64,000 bases of DNA from Camelus ferus. Lineage: Eukaryota. Under the pieces are notes generated by a model that was given only the letters and a program-made list of their open reading frames with translations, was not told the DNA's origin and did not search any database. The stretch's first letter is position 1. The number at the start of each line of letters is the position of its first letter. The stretch lies in assembly GCF_009834535.1 (NCBI RefSeq), contig NC_045697.1:43278001-43342000 (forward strand). Reading direction: 5' to 3'. Positions 25,229-39,419 of this stretch are shown here, one piece after another. The position numbers were made by a program, and so were the translations under genes.

Positions 25229-28200
25229 TTGAGAAAAAGAAACATTATGCTCAAATGTATGCATAAAAATAAATAAATATTAATTTATAAATAATTTTTT
25301 TAACTTTTAAAAAGAATAAAACTGGGTATCTTCAGGAAACAAAGAAACTAGAGTACAGAGCCTACAAATACAAATCATTCAAATTAATCTGGAAATATAA
25401 CCTGGGAAAGACCATGGAAGCCCATGTTTCTTCCTAGTGAAAGAATGTTCCAGACTATCAATCAGAAAGCAAACTTTTCCCTGAAAACTTGTACAGAAAT
25501 TACTTCCAGTTTTTAAAAATGAAAATATTATTAATATTCATGCATCTACAAATAGCATCATCATTGTTATTGATAACAAATATTCACTTGGACTCTATCG
25601 TGTCCACGCTAAGGATTACAGTCAAGAAGAGAACTGATTATTATATCGCTTTTGATCTTGAGCAAGTTCTCTAATTTTAACCTCAATAAATTTCTATTTA
25701 CTAATCTATAAAGTCAAGTGTTAAGCTAAAGGATGTCACAGACCCCTTCCAGCTCCATTTCCTCACATGCAAAGGAATTAAACCTAGGAAACAATGCCAT
25801 GTTGAAAATAATGGAGCAGGGTCCCAAGGGACCTGGATCTGGAAATCAGTCAAGACATGTGACTGATATTCTTTCTGTCTTCTTATTTCAGGGGCCATAC
25901 AGTGCCCGTCCTTCCATCTGCTTGCTTCTCCTCATTCTAGACTCATTTGTTCTGCTTACTTATCTTCCTGTGCTCCAAAATGTCACTTCAGCTCCCAAGT
26001 CTACAGAATCTTTCAGATTGGTTTCCAAAATCTGAGAAAGAATTTTATCTCTGCTTTCAACCTAAAGATGGCCCCTACCTCTTTAGATCTAGTGTCAATT
26101 CCTGATGCACTCATGTCTGGTGGGATTTAGATTCTAGGGGTGGGAGTGTGGAGCAGGGAGAGTTTAACATGTAGGACTGCTCCTTCCTGGGCAGCGCAGG
26201 CAATGAGACTACCTAGTACCTCAGTGATCGAGTCATTTATTTTTTACTTTCCAGTGTCTTTGAGGGTTTTCTAATTTTATTATCTGAATATAAGTTCTGG
26301 AGATTTTTCTGTGTGTGCATGTGTGTGTATGCTTCAGGCAACATTCTTCTACTGTTTATTACAATTTCTTCTGAAAACAATTATCAAATTATTGATTTCA
26401 AATTTTTCCAAATATTTGGTTTGCATTTCCTCAATAAAAGGTATTATTTTTTACATCCAACAAGAAAGGAGTTTTTTGCACCTGGCTGTCTGGCTAAATC
26501 AGCAACTCTTTGATTTGTGTAGCAAAATCCCAAGAAAGCAGTAATTGCATGTGTTAAACAGAAATAATAATGTTGGAGGTGACATCTGATAGTTTAATAC
26601 TTAAAACAGCCATAGCTTGAGTATTCTGAGAAACTGAGACATACTTTTCTAGGTAACAATATGCCAAGATGGGTATTTGTTTTTTTCAACCAAAAGCCAA
26701 AGTATCATTGATAGAACAAACAACAAACCAACAAAGAAAAACTGCTCATTGCTGCAACAAAAATGTTTTATAAAATCTAACCTGACAGATGTTTTGCAAG
26801 TCATGCATTGAATTAGATTTTTCAACTCATGAAACTCTTATAAATACACAGATTGATATAGTAGCAAATAGGAACAGAAAAGTCTAGCACTATGGAAATG
26901 CAGTTGCCTAAGACAATAAACTTGATTCTGAACAGAGACTCAGTGTTTTTTGAAACTAGTTATGATACATGGATGTAAACATAAAACAAGGACTAAGAAA
27001 GGGGAGGATACAGACAAGGCAAAGAGGAAACACAGCTCTCCCATGATTTTCATTTACTCTACAGTAAATAAAGATTGGTAGTTAAAAAAATCAGAACTTA
27101 GTTCTACTATTATGTGTGTAACATGTAGTAATTGTGTGTGCATATATGTATATACACATAGGTACACGTGCATGGTTAAGATCACTATTGAGTATATGCT
27201 TGGTCGATTAGCTAACCCCTTCTGTTGCCTTTATACAGTTAAAGAACCCCTTCCAGCACCAGGAAGAGAGCTGAGTGTGCTACCTGCTGTGCACATCCGT
27301 GGTCTGTGTCCACTTCTCTGTGTCTGTCTGTCTCTTTCCTTCTCTTTCTGCTAGTTTCAAGAGTAATTCAAAAATTCTCTCTGGCATTCTCATGCTAAAG
27401 CAATTTTCCACAGCAGCATTTAAACTTCCCTTGAGGGTAGATTATGCTCCCATGTCAAAGTCATATCAAACCTTTGGGGCCATTAACCCTTCTTCAGGCT
27501 GTAATGCAACACTGCCAGTATGAAATATAAAATTGCTCATTAGAAACCAGCAAGGGGAAAAAAGTCCCCAATAGACAGAACTAAAAGCCTGGCATCTCTA
27601 GATTGCATGCATCATCACAGCATCAGCAGCTGCTTCCTTAGGCACTGGCAGAACTGTAAATCTGAGAGCGTAGCTATTCATCCATAGTATGGTTAGGAGG
27701 AGGCCAGAAAGGGACAGAATGACATAGGCTGAAAAATGGGTTGCTGATCAGCTAAGATTACCATTTAACTGCAAAGGTTGTGCTAATATAATCATCCTCT
27801 GTCACTGCACAAGGGAAACTTAGGAGGGCCCTAATTACTTTGCTCTTGTTATCCTTTGTTCCCAATCCAACATTACATCTAACAAATGAATGGGCAGACC
27901 ATCCACTTATTATATACATAAATTCATATTAGCTAAGATGGCACACATACTTTGATCTTGCCAAGAGGATTCTGGGAATTGACAGAAGTTTTTCATCTAA
28001 GTCTCCAAAGGCCTGGCCCAGGATACAGGCCTAGGCCATTACTCTTAAAATCAGCTCTGACTATTCCAGTGGGAGCAAAAGATATGAATTTTTAAAACTA
28101 TTCCCCTAACTCTTCAACCAGTGGAATGTTGACTCATCAGAGGAAGAGTTGACTGACTTGACATTGAGGTGATGCTTTTTCTAGGAAGGGTCCTTCAGGA

Positions 28201-30469
28201 ATCTGCAAAGTCTGGCCTCTAGAATTTCCCAATAGGCATTTTGTTTTTATAAAGCTATATCTATCATCAAAAGGTCCCAAATGTTTTTGCTCATTTACAT
28301 ATAATAGTTGTCAGATTCAAATATTTTTCACTAGTCCACTTAGGAAGTATGTTAACTAACAGGAATAATTATGTTTCACTTTATTTTGCTTTGACAATAA
28401 TGAGAGGAAAAGAAAAAGTAGTAGTCTTTCTTTAACCCTGATGGAACCAGAAGGAAGCCATGGGATCAGTGAAAGATGGGTGGATTAGAACTGGAATTCT
28501 GGTGATTCTCATTTCAAGAAAATAGCCCATTCAGTATTTCTCTTTTAAAAAACACCATTTTATTTTATTTATTGATGAATATTTAGATAATTAAAATTAG
28601 AAACAAAAATCTCTTATGACTCTAGTAAACAAAGATAACACTAGTAATGCATTAGGATATCTTTCCAACTATATGCAATATTATATATAATTATATTTAT
28701 ATAAATATATCTATTATTGGTTCTTTATAGCTGGCTTAAGGATATCAATTAATATATAGATCCTGAGTACAACAAATGAATGCAAAACTCAGCGCCTCTC
28801 CCTTCTTTTCTGTTAACACCATATCAGGCCAGGGCAAAACATGAATATGACTTGTTTTTTCCAACACTGCTTTCCCTGCTTCAAAAGTATGAACTCTCTC
28901 TTCCAAGCTTAGAAGCTCAATATCTTTTCTGGTAAAAATCATCACCATGAATAGTGTAAAAATAAAGAACGAGTCTAAAATGAAACAAAAAAGTAAGCAT
29001 AAGCTTAGGGAATAGTTTTCTTCATCTAAACCTATCAATCAAGATGTTAAGCACTCATAACACATTTCTATCAAACTCACGTGAAACTTGGCACTTCCGA
29101 GCCCTGCTCCTCTCACAGTCATATGGTCCTGCTCCCCGTCAAACAGCCTTCAGCTTCATGGGAGTGACATCTGTACCTCCAGATGTTCATGTTTTATCAG
29201 GCCCTTCGCAGCCATTTTGATCAGGGTACATGTACACAAATTATATCATAAATCTTCTCACACTTCATATACTATATCAAATAAGAAAAACCACCAAATT
29301 TACACAGAGCTATATTAAGCCCCAGGAAATGTAACTTGAGATTTAACACATTATTTATAAGGATGTGCTATTATTCTTAATACCTCAATTAATACCAGCT
29401 AGCACTACTGTACAGATTTATTACGGACCATATGCTCCTTAATTATCACTGCCTCCCAAAGTTACCACTCTGCACATCTGCAGCCAATGTGGGCTGCTGT
29501 TCCTCTGTCCCTGCCTCAGCAGGATCAGAGAACCATTTTTCAGCTGGACACCTTGACGAAGAGTCAACCCCAACATCGTCTCAGAAGAGTGATTACAATA
29601 AAATAAAAGGAAAGGGAAACTGACAGTGTTTCAGGGAGAGTGCTGAGGAAGGAAGAGATCCACTGTCAATGACGTACCTCATCTTTCAGGTTCATAGTAA
29701 CTGAAATGGATTTTAATTGTTGATTGCTCATGTTCAGCCTCCAAAATCGGGCTGTTGCCAATGGAATTAAGCAGGCGTTTTCCTCTCTTGAAGCAAAGGA
29801 GAAGGCACAGAGTGTGCAAACACTAACATTGTTCTCAGATCAAGACGTGTCGTGGTGATTTAAAATCTTTTGGACTGCACGACAGGGGGAAACATAACTC
29901 ATGGGGACTTGGATTAAATTTGTAAAGATTTACACTGCAATTTTCAATGAAGTTCTAGTTAATTAAGCGTCTCTCTACGTTACAAAGGCACAGTTCTTAT
30001 CAACTGTTTTCCCCTTTATTGAAGTTTAACATTCTTAAGGTCACACATCTCTTTCCTCCGGTAGATGCGAGAGACATACGCATTCAGATAAATGCTTCCT
30101 GAAATACTATAGCCTTGATTAGAAGATGGCAAGCTTTAGCAGAAAGATAGCTGGCTTATGAATCCAGAGGCAGAGTTGGGAAAATCACCCAACATTACAG
30201 TTTTTCATTTGTGTTACAAAGGGCTTAAGCTAGCTGAACCTCAGGGTTCCTCTCATCCCTAAATTAGCAACACTAATATATTAGTACTGAATTCAAGAGA
30301 TTTATCATCTTTTGTGTTTTAGCCATCCAGGAAGCTTGATGAATATTTTTTAGTCCTATTCTATCTTGACAGAAATTAAGATCTCAAGAATCCATTCATT
30401 CACCAAATACCTTACAATCAGAACCAGACTGAGAATCAAAATTAGAGATTTAAATACTTATTTACAGAA

Positions 30470-31852
30470 ATTAGAGCTTAAAATAGTCAAGAAAATCTAG
30501 AAGATGAAGACCAACAGAGCTGCAGGACTTGCTACCAGAGTTCAAGGCTTATGATAAAGCAAAGATAACTAAGATAGTTAGGTTTCAGCCCAAGGATAGG
30601 CAAATAAACCAAAGAGACAGGATGGAGAACCAAGGAACAAATCCACCAAGATGCAGTCACCTGCTTTATAATACAGCTGTCACTGCAATCCAGTGGGGAC
30701 AGGAGAGTCTTTTCAACAAATGGGGAGAAAAAGAAATTTGGCCTCAACTTCACACTACGAACAATAATTAATTTGAGATGAATCAGAGACCCAAATGTGA
30801 AAGGTATACAATAAACTTTTTAGAAAAAATAGAGAAGAATGCCTTTAAGATCTTGAGACAGGCAAATATTTCTTAAACTGGAAAAGGAAGAGTTAGCCAT
30901 AAGAAAAAAGATAAGTTGCTGTGCATGAAATTTAAAACTTCTACTCTTTGAGAGGCACCATTTAAAAAATGAAAGAGCAAGCCACAGGCTGGAAAAAAAT
31001 AACTGCGATACATGTATCCAGGAAATGACTCATTTAAGATATATAAAGAACTACAAATCAATAATAAAAGACAGACAACCCAAATTCGTTTTAAATTGGG
31101 GAAAGATTTGATCGGGCACTTCACAAAAGTGAAGTATACAGCCAATAAACATAGAAAGAAGCTTAATATTCTTGGTCAGCTGAGACATGCAAATTAAAAC
31201 CATAATGAAAAACTACCACACACCATCTAAAATGGTGGACGTAGAAGGATCTATCCCCATAATGTCAAATGTTAGTGACAATGTGGAACTCTCATATATG
31301 GCTGATAGGGGTGTAAACTGAAGTAGCCCCTTTGGGAAACTTTCAGCTCACCTACCAAATCTAAACATGGCTTTATCCTATGACCCAGCAATCACTCCTG
31401 GAGCTATGTCCACTATAACAAAGATTTACAACAATGTTCATAGCAGCATTATTTATCGTAGCTAAAAGCCAGAAACAACCCAAATTTCCATCAACAAAAG
31501 AACGAATAACTAAACTGTAATACAATCATACAATGAAATAACTCACATCAGTGAACAAGAACAAACTTTTGCTTCATACCACAGCATGACTAAAATCTCA
31601 CTGAAATAATGTTGGGTAGAAAAGAAGCTTGACACAGAAAAGTATATATTGTGTGATTATACTTATATGAAGTCCAAAAACAGGCAAAACTAATATATGG
31701 TGGTAAAGAACAAAAGAGTGGTTACCTCCGGAATGAGGAGTGGGACTGAGGGCTGAGTAGGTCTGGAAGACTGGGTGGTGGTTACATATATATATATAAT
31801 TGTCCTGTTGTTATCTGTGTGTGTTATTGTTTGTAAGCTATATCTCAATAAT
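30470..31852 (+). mobile_element. L1ME-type ORF2 3' part plus 3'UTR
   Basis: ORF 30529 LPEFKAYDKAKITK..DRQINQRDRMEN and ORF 31012 IYKELQINNKRQ are L1 ORF2p-like; tatcctatgacccagcaatc; aagtccaaaaacaggcaaaactaat. Confidence 0.88.
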
Positions 31853-34099
31853 GTCTGTGTAAGAGTATGTGTATGTGTATGTATCCATCTCCCAGAGAAC
31901 AAAAGTGACATTATATTCTATTGGTATAATTTTTGTTCTTTATTTTTAGTAAATTTAAAACATTTTTTCTGAATGTAAATTAGAACCCCCCAATTTATGA
32001 GAAAAATAATAAATTGAGTTTCCTCTGTAGATGGACATATTCCTCCTTAGATAGATATAACTTCTCAAATGGAGTATTAATGTAGGGCTCTCTTCTTATT
32101 TAAGCTGCCAAAAAGTCATGAGGTAAAGGGAAAATTGTTTACTGTAGGAGAGTACGTAGAAGTTTGTATCATTACATGTCAAGTGAGTAATGCATTTGAA
32201 GAAATGGAAACATATGACCAACAAGACTAACAGTCAGTTTGAGAACATTCATTTTTCCTGTGAACTGAAGTGAATGTGGAGCTGAATTATGACGGGCTGA
32301 GGCCCTAAACACCCCTGCTGCTCCCCAAAACAGAGGTGAAATCCACCAACGACCAGAAGCCCCAGTGGACGCCCCTGTCCTGAAGCCTAGATTCAGAAGA
32401 AACTGACACTTACCATTTACTATTTTTTTAAAGCAGGCCTTAAAAAAATTCACACTTTGCTACCTCAGTTTTCTCTTCTCAATGACTTTGGTGTGCACCG
32501 AAAATGGTAAGAAGATGCCCCCCAAGCCCCAGCTTCCCTTTGCCTAGACCGAAGGGGCGAAGCTTTCAGAGCGAGTGAGAAGACAGCACCCTTCCAGTCT
32601 TCCCCTCTCTCAAGAGCTCAGGGCTCATCCACAGCAGCCCCTCGTACTCAAGGGGTGTGAGCAGATGTAAAACAAGTGACAACAAATGTACGTTGTAAAC
32701 AAAGCACCCAAACTGCAGAGCAGATTTAAAAATTCCTTTTTAAAGCTGAAAAAATGGCAGTTGAGAGGTTAATGGCTTGCCCTAGGGGACAAAGCTAGAA
32801 AGAAGCAACCTTTTTATCATGAGATACCGCCTCTTCATGAGAGTGTATTGTGCAGAAACACACACACACTCGTGCCTTGGGAACGATGGCTCATCTATTA
32901 CACACATCAGACAGAGGCTAACCAAGCTATCACGGGCTCAAGGTCTTATTTTCAAAGAATAGGTGAATTCACCTCCGTGACACTATATTCAATCAGCCAT
33001 TTTTCAAATAGGAAATTGCAATCATGTATTAAAATGTGGTCACAGACCTTAGGTAAGACATTACCCATATATACTACCTATATATATTATCTCTATATAT
33101 CTATATAATCTATAGAAGCAAAAATACCCACAAACCTGTACTATATAAGAATATTAACATTTTTTACAGTGTTCCTCAAGAGGCGTGAAAATGAACACAT
33201 AATCACTCCAGCATTGCCTGTGTCACTTTTTGCGTTTTCTACGTTTAGTGTTTTCTTGTTAGAACCTAGACATCCCTTCTTAAGAAACTTACTTTGTGTC
33301 ACAGCCAACAGATGGGAAATTATAACCAAATGTTTAAATATGACAATTAACTTCCTGACTAAACAAAATAACACCTATTTCAGAATAGAAACAATTATTT
33401 TAAATCGGTAAGAAACAGCATGTAATGTATTTATTCATGCACTGTAAGCTAGTTGACTTAGCCAAAGCTATGTGTCATTGAACAAAGACAACTTCTCATG
33501 TAAAGCTGTTTCTACCCATCTGAATTTTGCTGATTTGCCTCACTAAAATCTTTTTTAAATTAATTCTAGAACTTCATGAGACAAATTAGCTCAGAAAGAT
33601 ACAAACTCCCAGAGTATAGGAGATGACCTACTCCAATGCCCTCCTTTTCCTCATGGAAGACATGAGGTCCAGGAAAGTGATGTGGTCAGGTTCACAGAGC
33701 TCCCATTCCAAAAGGCATCTATTGTGAATATAATCTAACCAATTCAGAGACCATCCTTATTTGACTTGCGACTCCCTAGACTGACACTAGTCAAACTCAG
33801 AAGCCCTAGTTTTAGAAAATAAAAGTTCTTTGTAAAGGCCAACGTTCAAGTCTAAGCAAAAGAGGGTCTTTCATACTCAAATCATTTCCTTTTTAAAACC
33901 AAGATCCTTGACTTGTTTCTAGTTATATGGAAATTGCTACTGACAACTTTGAAGAAACTGGGAAACCAAAACGAAAACGTCCTCAGGATTCTAACATCTT
34001 AGAATGCTCGCTAGATGTTGCCAGAGAATCATGCAACTCGATCCCCAGTAAACAGCAGTACCTGCGCTTATGGCATTTCTGATATCAAAAAGCTTGGGC

Positions 34100-34300
34100 T
34101 GTGGCTAAGATTGACCACCCTTCGTACCTGTGAGACCCTAGGCAGGTTACCTAACCTCTCTGTCCCTCAGTTTCCTCTTCTGTTACATGAAGATAATAAT
34201 AGCACCTGCTCCACAAGTTACTGTATCCAGGTAAATATATGTGAAACACATAGAACAGTGCCTAGGGACATACGCTTTGACTACTGTCATTACCATTATG
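34100..34300 (+). mobile_element. MIR SINE
   Basis: ctgtgagaccctaggcaggttacctaacctctctgtccctcagtttcctc...tagaacagtgcct. Confidence 0.85.
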
Positions 34301-36819
34301 TTGATGATAAGATGATGATTGTGTTGTTGCACTTGTTAAAGAGAAACAGTAAATAAGATTTATCGATCGATCCTTAGTCATTAACAAATTAATTTCATTT
34401 AAAAATTTACTTCAGAAATATTTTTAAAATTAACCAGTCTTAAGTTCACCTAGGTATGGCTTCTCCAAGCCTTAGGTCTCTTTGTATACAAATTAGTGCC
34501 TGGCAGCTTGCCGTCTACATATCACCTGTTCAATAGGCATTTGTTGAATTAATGACGGTTTAAATAAACCAAGCTCAAAGGAAAAAGAGATGGCTGCCCA
34601 CCCACCCCCCCACACACATATCAACCCTGCCCAATTTATTGGAAGGCGCCCAAATCACTGATGAAACATTTGGCTCAAGTCTTCAAAATAGTACACAAAT
34701 AGATAAATGGTCTTTTTTTTTCTTATAGCTTTTAATATCCTGTTCTTTATAAATGACTTTCAGACTCATTTTATATTACGGTTATCTTCTGAAAATGTAT
34801 TATATCCTAATAGCCAGGCTTCTTTCCCTACCTCCAATCCTAGCTTTTTGGTTTGGTGCTGATTTTTTACTTTGAGACATTAATTTAAGTATTCTGCTTG
34901 TCAGTGGATGAGTGAATGAATTATTCATTTTATTATGAAACATAAATTTTAAAGAACAGCATTATAACTTCTTTTTACATGCCAAAAATAATAGATCATC
35001 CCAGAAGCCATTATAGCACCCTTTGTCTCACAGAGGGTGCACTTTTGAAAGCTGTGCCAAACTAATGTGTTTTAGGATAACCACAGCCATGCAACCTTAA
35101 AAGAAGCCAGCTCAGTTTAGTATCTAAATAAAAATGTAAGCTATACGTCAAGTCAGAAATTAGGCAATATTGGAATTCCTTGATTACTGTTAGCACTAAC
35201 CAGAACAAATGATCAAGGCGACACCAATATGGCAATCACTGCCTCCTCTCCATAATGATAACACAAACCTTCACCTCCCTTATCGAAATGTCATCTTCAT
35301 GCAAATGTGATAGATATAAAACTAACAAACAGAACTGACATAAATTAATCTCAACATTAGTTACTATTTACTCTAACTGAAGACCTTACCATACTCTGCA
35401 TGTAAGTATAAACATGCATATATAAACTAGACTGAATTGCACTAAATATCTGTTAGTATAAAGCATTCCATCTAAAGTTTCTGATTTTTTTCAGATCAGT
35501 TAGACATGAATATTTTAAAGATGTGTCTCCACAGCCAAGCATTTATAACACTTTAGAGTAACCACTGTTTTTCCCTATATGTTATAGCCTCTGCTCAACC
35601 TAATGACAAAAACCATTTTTTAGCATGTTTTTATAAATTCCTGTCTGCATCTCTCCTTTCCCAGACTTATCTCATTAGTTGTATAGAGCAATGAGGTTTA
35701 GCTGACTGGCATCCTGTTAGACTCAACAGATAATATGCATATTACTTTCTGGACCACCTTTATTTTTAAAAATTAATAAAAAGGAACATGAAAGATAATC
35801 ATTACAGACTAAGGAACAGCCGTTACAATGGAGGAGATAGATTTACTCAGTGACAGAGAAGTGAATGAACCTAGGCAATTAAGACTATTGAGGAGCATGA
35901 AAAACCACACTGATTATTTTAATTTCCTAAACTCTTTAGTGTCTGAAAGGCTCTTTAAAACTTCATATTCTTTCACATTTGTCTGCCACTATTATCTTGT
36001 CCAAGCTCTCCTTCATGCTACCCAGACAGACCGTTAGCATCAAACTGGCAAGATTTAATCAGAGTTTATTGCTTCAGATAAAAACACTCCCATATTTTTT
36101 TATCTTTTTATTAAATTTACAAACTTGGGCACCCACATTAGGGATCAAAAGGTGAATGCCTGTTTCCTCTACAGGAATGCAGTGTTCCATTTCTCATATA
36201 ATAAAAAGCCCTTTCCTTTGACTTGCTAACCAGAAACGAGGCTTTTTCTTATTGAAGTAGGGCCCAAGAACTTTCCCTGAGATTATATTCAGGGATGACA
36301 ATCTCTTTAACAACAACAACAACCACAAAAAGACGAATTTAAACATCTGGCCCTTGCACATGGATGTATTACAAAAGCAAAGCAAGCACACGATATTCGT
36401 GGAGCACAGAAATAATACTGCTGATTCAGAAGTCACATACTAGGAGAATTTTAGAGCTCCTATGTATACACAGACACATGACAATAAAAGTTAGAACATT
36501 TCTTAACATATAATTTTAGCCCAATTTTTTATCTCAAAGAAAAGTGTAACTTCTCCCAGAAAAATATTTTTTCCTTTATAGTGACTATCAACTTCCACTT
36601 TTGAGATTAGATAACTTATATGTTCTGATTTAGAAATGGATTCCAAAACTACTAGAAGTGCCCACTAACTGTCCACCTGCACCATGGTAGACCCTGGTAA
36701 AAAGAAAGCAAGATATGAATGTCATTAAAATTACATTTAGTAAATATTAACAATTTTTTCTTAAACATAAGAAAATTTCAAGTATGTAAAAGGTAATTGC
36801 TATTTTTCTATATCATCTC

Positions 36820-36891
36820 TTAATAATAACCACCATTTGTTAAGTCCATTAGATGCTAGGACTATTACACACATTAGCCAAATAAGATGAG

Positions 36892-36939
<48 letters not shown>

Positions 36940-37040
36940 AACGGAAAACAAAAACAGAAAGTTGTCTGAGGCCATGGATAATTAGTTAACTTGTGGTAAA
37001 GCAGGATTCAAGCAGGTTTCTTTAGCTCCAAGACCAATTC
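36820..37040 (-). mobile_element. MIR SINE interrupted by a TG microsatellite
   Basis: taataataaccaccatttgttaag...ggtaaagcaggattcaagcagg...agctccaagacc. Confidence 0.55.
36898..36936. repeat. (TG)19 microsatellite
   Basis: Perfect TG run read directly. Confidence 0.95.
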
Positions 37041-38489
37041 CATTTTGTTTTCTTATTTGTTTCTAATAAATTAAATATTGTTCAGCCTGACAGGCTATTC
37101 AAAGTTGGTTGAATAGTTCACTAATAGTTCATTAGTGCCCTGCCTTACTTCCAAAATTTTATATAAAATCATCATATGTGTTTTTTTAAATAAAGTATTC
37201 TATATATAAAATTCAAAATGCTAGTCATAAGTACCTCAAGAATGTGTCATATTATTTTAGAACTAAATCAGAGCACATTCTTAATCTAAAAGCAACATAC
37301 CTAGATAAGGTTTTTTAACATTATAAATACAAAAATCTACAAAGAAATATAGGTCATTTATTTTACAAGCCACTGCTCATGAATAATACCACATTTTGCT
37401 ATCAAATAAACTATTGAATTATGCATACTTTTTGGAATTTTAATTATTTTTGAGCCTTATTATAATTCCCTCTGGTAAGGCAGATTTTTAGTAAATATAC
37501 AAAAAAATTATATATTCAAATGATTGTTGTCCTCCAACATAATAATTTTAGAAGGACTTTCATGTATATCCTTGTGTACCAAATGATTTCTAGAGCTCCT
37601 TTTTCAGAGATGATTACTACAGACTTGCTTTATAGTTTTAACGGCTTTGGAACAGCAACAACCTCATTCCCCTAAATATCATTACCCTGCCTTACTGAAT
37701 TTTAAATATGTTTGGCTGATTTCAAGAAGAAAATCTATCCTCCATAAGTGAAAATATTCTACCACTCAGGATATTCAAGAGAAAGTGTGATAGGCTTGGA
37801 AAGGAAGTCCAAGAGTGTATTCACTGGAATAATCTCAAGGCAACTACTTCCAAAGGAACAAAAATTGGGGATATATAGCAACATTAAAAAAAATTTTTGT
37901 ATTACTTTGTCACATCTCATAATACTCTAAAAGATTTTGGTCAATGAAATTTACGCAATTCAGCACTCTTCCTAAAAAGGAATGAGTGAGGGAAAAAAAA
38001 TAATTCAAAGGCATTTTCAAATTAGATACGAAATGAATTAAAATTAATTTCTAGATGCTCTACCATCATAGTTATAGCTTTAAGAAAGAAAAATTAAAGG
38101 TGTATAGGCTTTGTGACCCCTGGAACTGGTTGGAGGAAGGGTGACCTGATGGATAACGAGCATGGGAAAAGGCAACCTATGATTAGAAATTGTGGGAAAC
38201 CAAAAGTTACCGGAGGTGATAACTCAACCTTAACATCATCTAGCTTGTCCTGCTCTAATGAAGTCCACGGACCCTCAGTGTATGGTTCTGGTAACTCTAA
38301 GTACGCAGGAAGTTTAAACCCTCATGCTTGCTCATGATTTCCCAGCCTTGGATGCTCATGATCATCCTATGCTCCTGTACACAGTTCCCAATTTGGCACA
38401 CTATTTTCTAGGGTAGTAATGGTGAAACCCATGTAATATGCTTCCATAGTACACTATATATTATAAAACCACACACATTTTGGGTAATT

Positions 38490-38640
38490 ATTTAGCATCC
38501 CCAAAGGTTAAATCCATTTTGCATCCATAGTGTAAAACCCAGGTCTGACTGGCTTTCCATTACTTCCCCAGTGTCTAGCAAGGTGCCTGGCATATAGTAA
38601 ATGAATATTGGAAGGAATCAAGGAATGAAGGAAAGAATGG
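38490..38640 (+). mobile_element. L2 3' tail
   Basis: ccccagtgtctagcaaggtgcctggcatatagtaaatgaatattggaaggaat. Confidence 0.7.
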
Positions 38641-39234
38641 AGGGAGTTAGGGATTTTGTTCTTGGTAGGGTAGACCTTGATACAGAGTGCAAGTGAATGT
38701 CTTTAAACTGGCAGTACAATTTCTTTATTGATTAAGTTTTAAGTATTGCTGATACTTTATTAAATATATATTTTATTTTTTCTCTTACTCATATCATATC
38801 TTTTTCAAATAATGGCCAAAATAGTCTCAATCAGTCCCTTTATTGATAAGAAATACACTCACACACACATGCACATGCACACTTTTAAACAAAAGACTTA
38901 AAGAAAAGTCTGTTAGAGAATCTCATAAGCTCTGGGGAAATAACACATTTCAACAAATCTTTTCACTCAATGAAGTATAATTACTTTGAAAGGCAAAGTT
39001 TGCCTTCATAAATAGATTTTAACACTAATGAACCCACAAGAAGGACTTAGAAATGCGTTGTTCTTGAAAAAGATCAAGAATATTGTCACATTGAGAAACC
39101 TCACTAAGGGCTTGTTAAATGGCCTGATTTAAAATGCTATGTGAACCCAAACAAAGTATTTATAGTGTATCTTTCTGCTTCTTTACCTGTCCAGGCATTA
39201 GACAATACTATGAAGCATGGTCCTATAAAGGAAT

Positions 39235-39415
39235 AGATAAAAGCCACATCCCCTTCATGTGAATGGGGCAGCCATTGCTCAGCTCCAGCCATGGTGGCTA
39301 GAAAATTTAGGCCCACACTTGCCAGAGCATCTTATTTTTTAAGAGAAGCCAGAAATAAGATTGTTATGTAAATCTCAACATTTTTAGTGTCAGTAATTAA
39401 TCTAAATTTTTTGGA
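39235..39415. mobile_element. MER102-like hAT-Charlie
   Basis: ggggcagccattgctcagctccagcc...ggcccacacttgccagagcatcttattttttaagagaagccagaaat. Confidence 0.7.
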
Positions 39416-39419
39416 CATT

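Noticed and set aside
27940..27970. U2 snRNA 5' pseudogene (minus strand)
   Set aside because: Only a gapped ~24-nt resemblance with no TSD or tail; better explained by chance or a TCF/LEF motif.
28745..29038. 97-aa minus-strand ORF as a coding exon
   Set aside because: No recognisable family and no convincing flanking splice sites.
30529..31197. ORFs with RT-associated motifs
   Set aside because: Frameshifted L1 ORF2 remnants, not functional.
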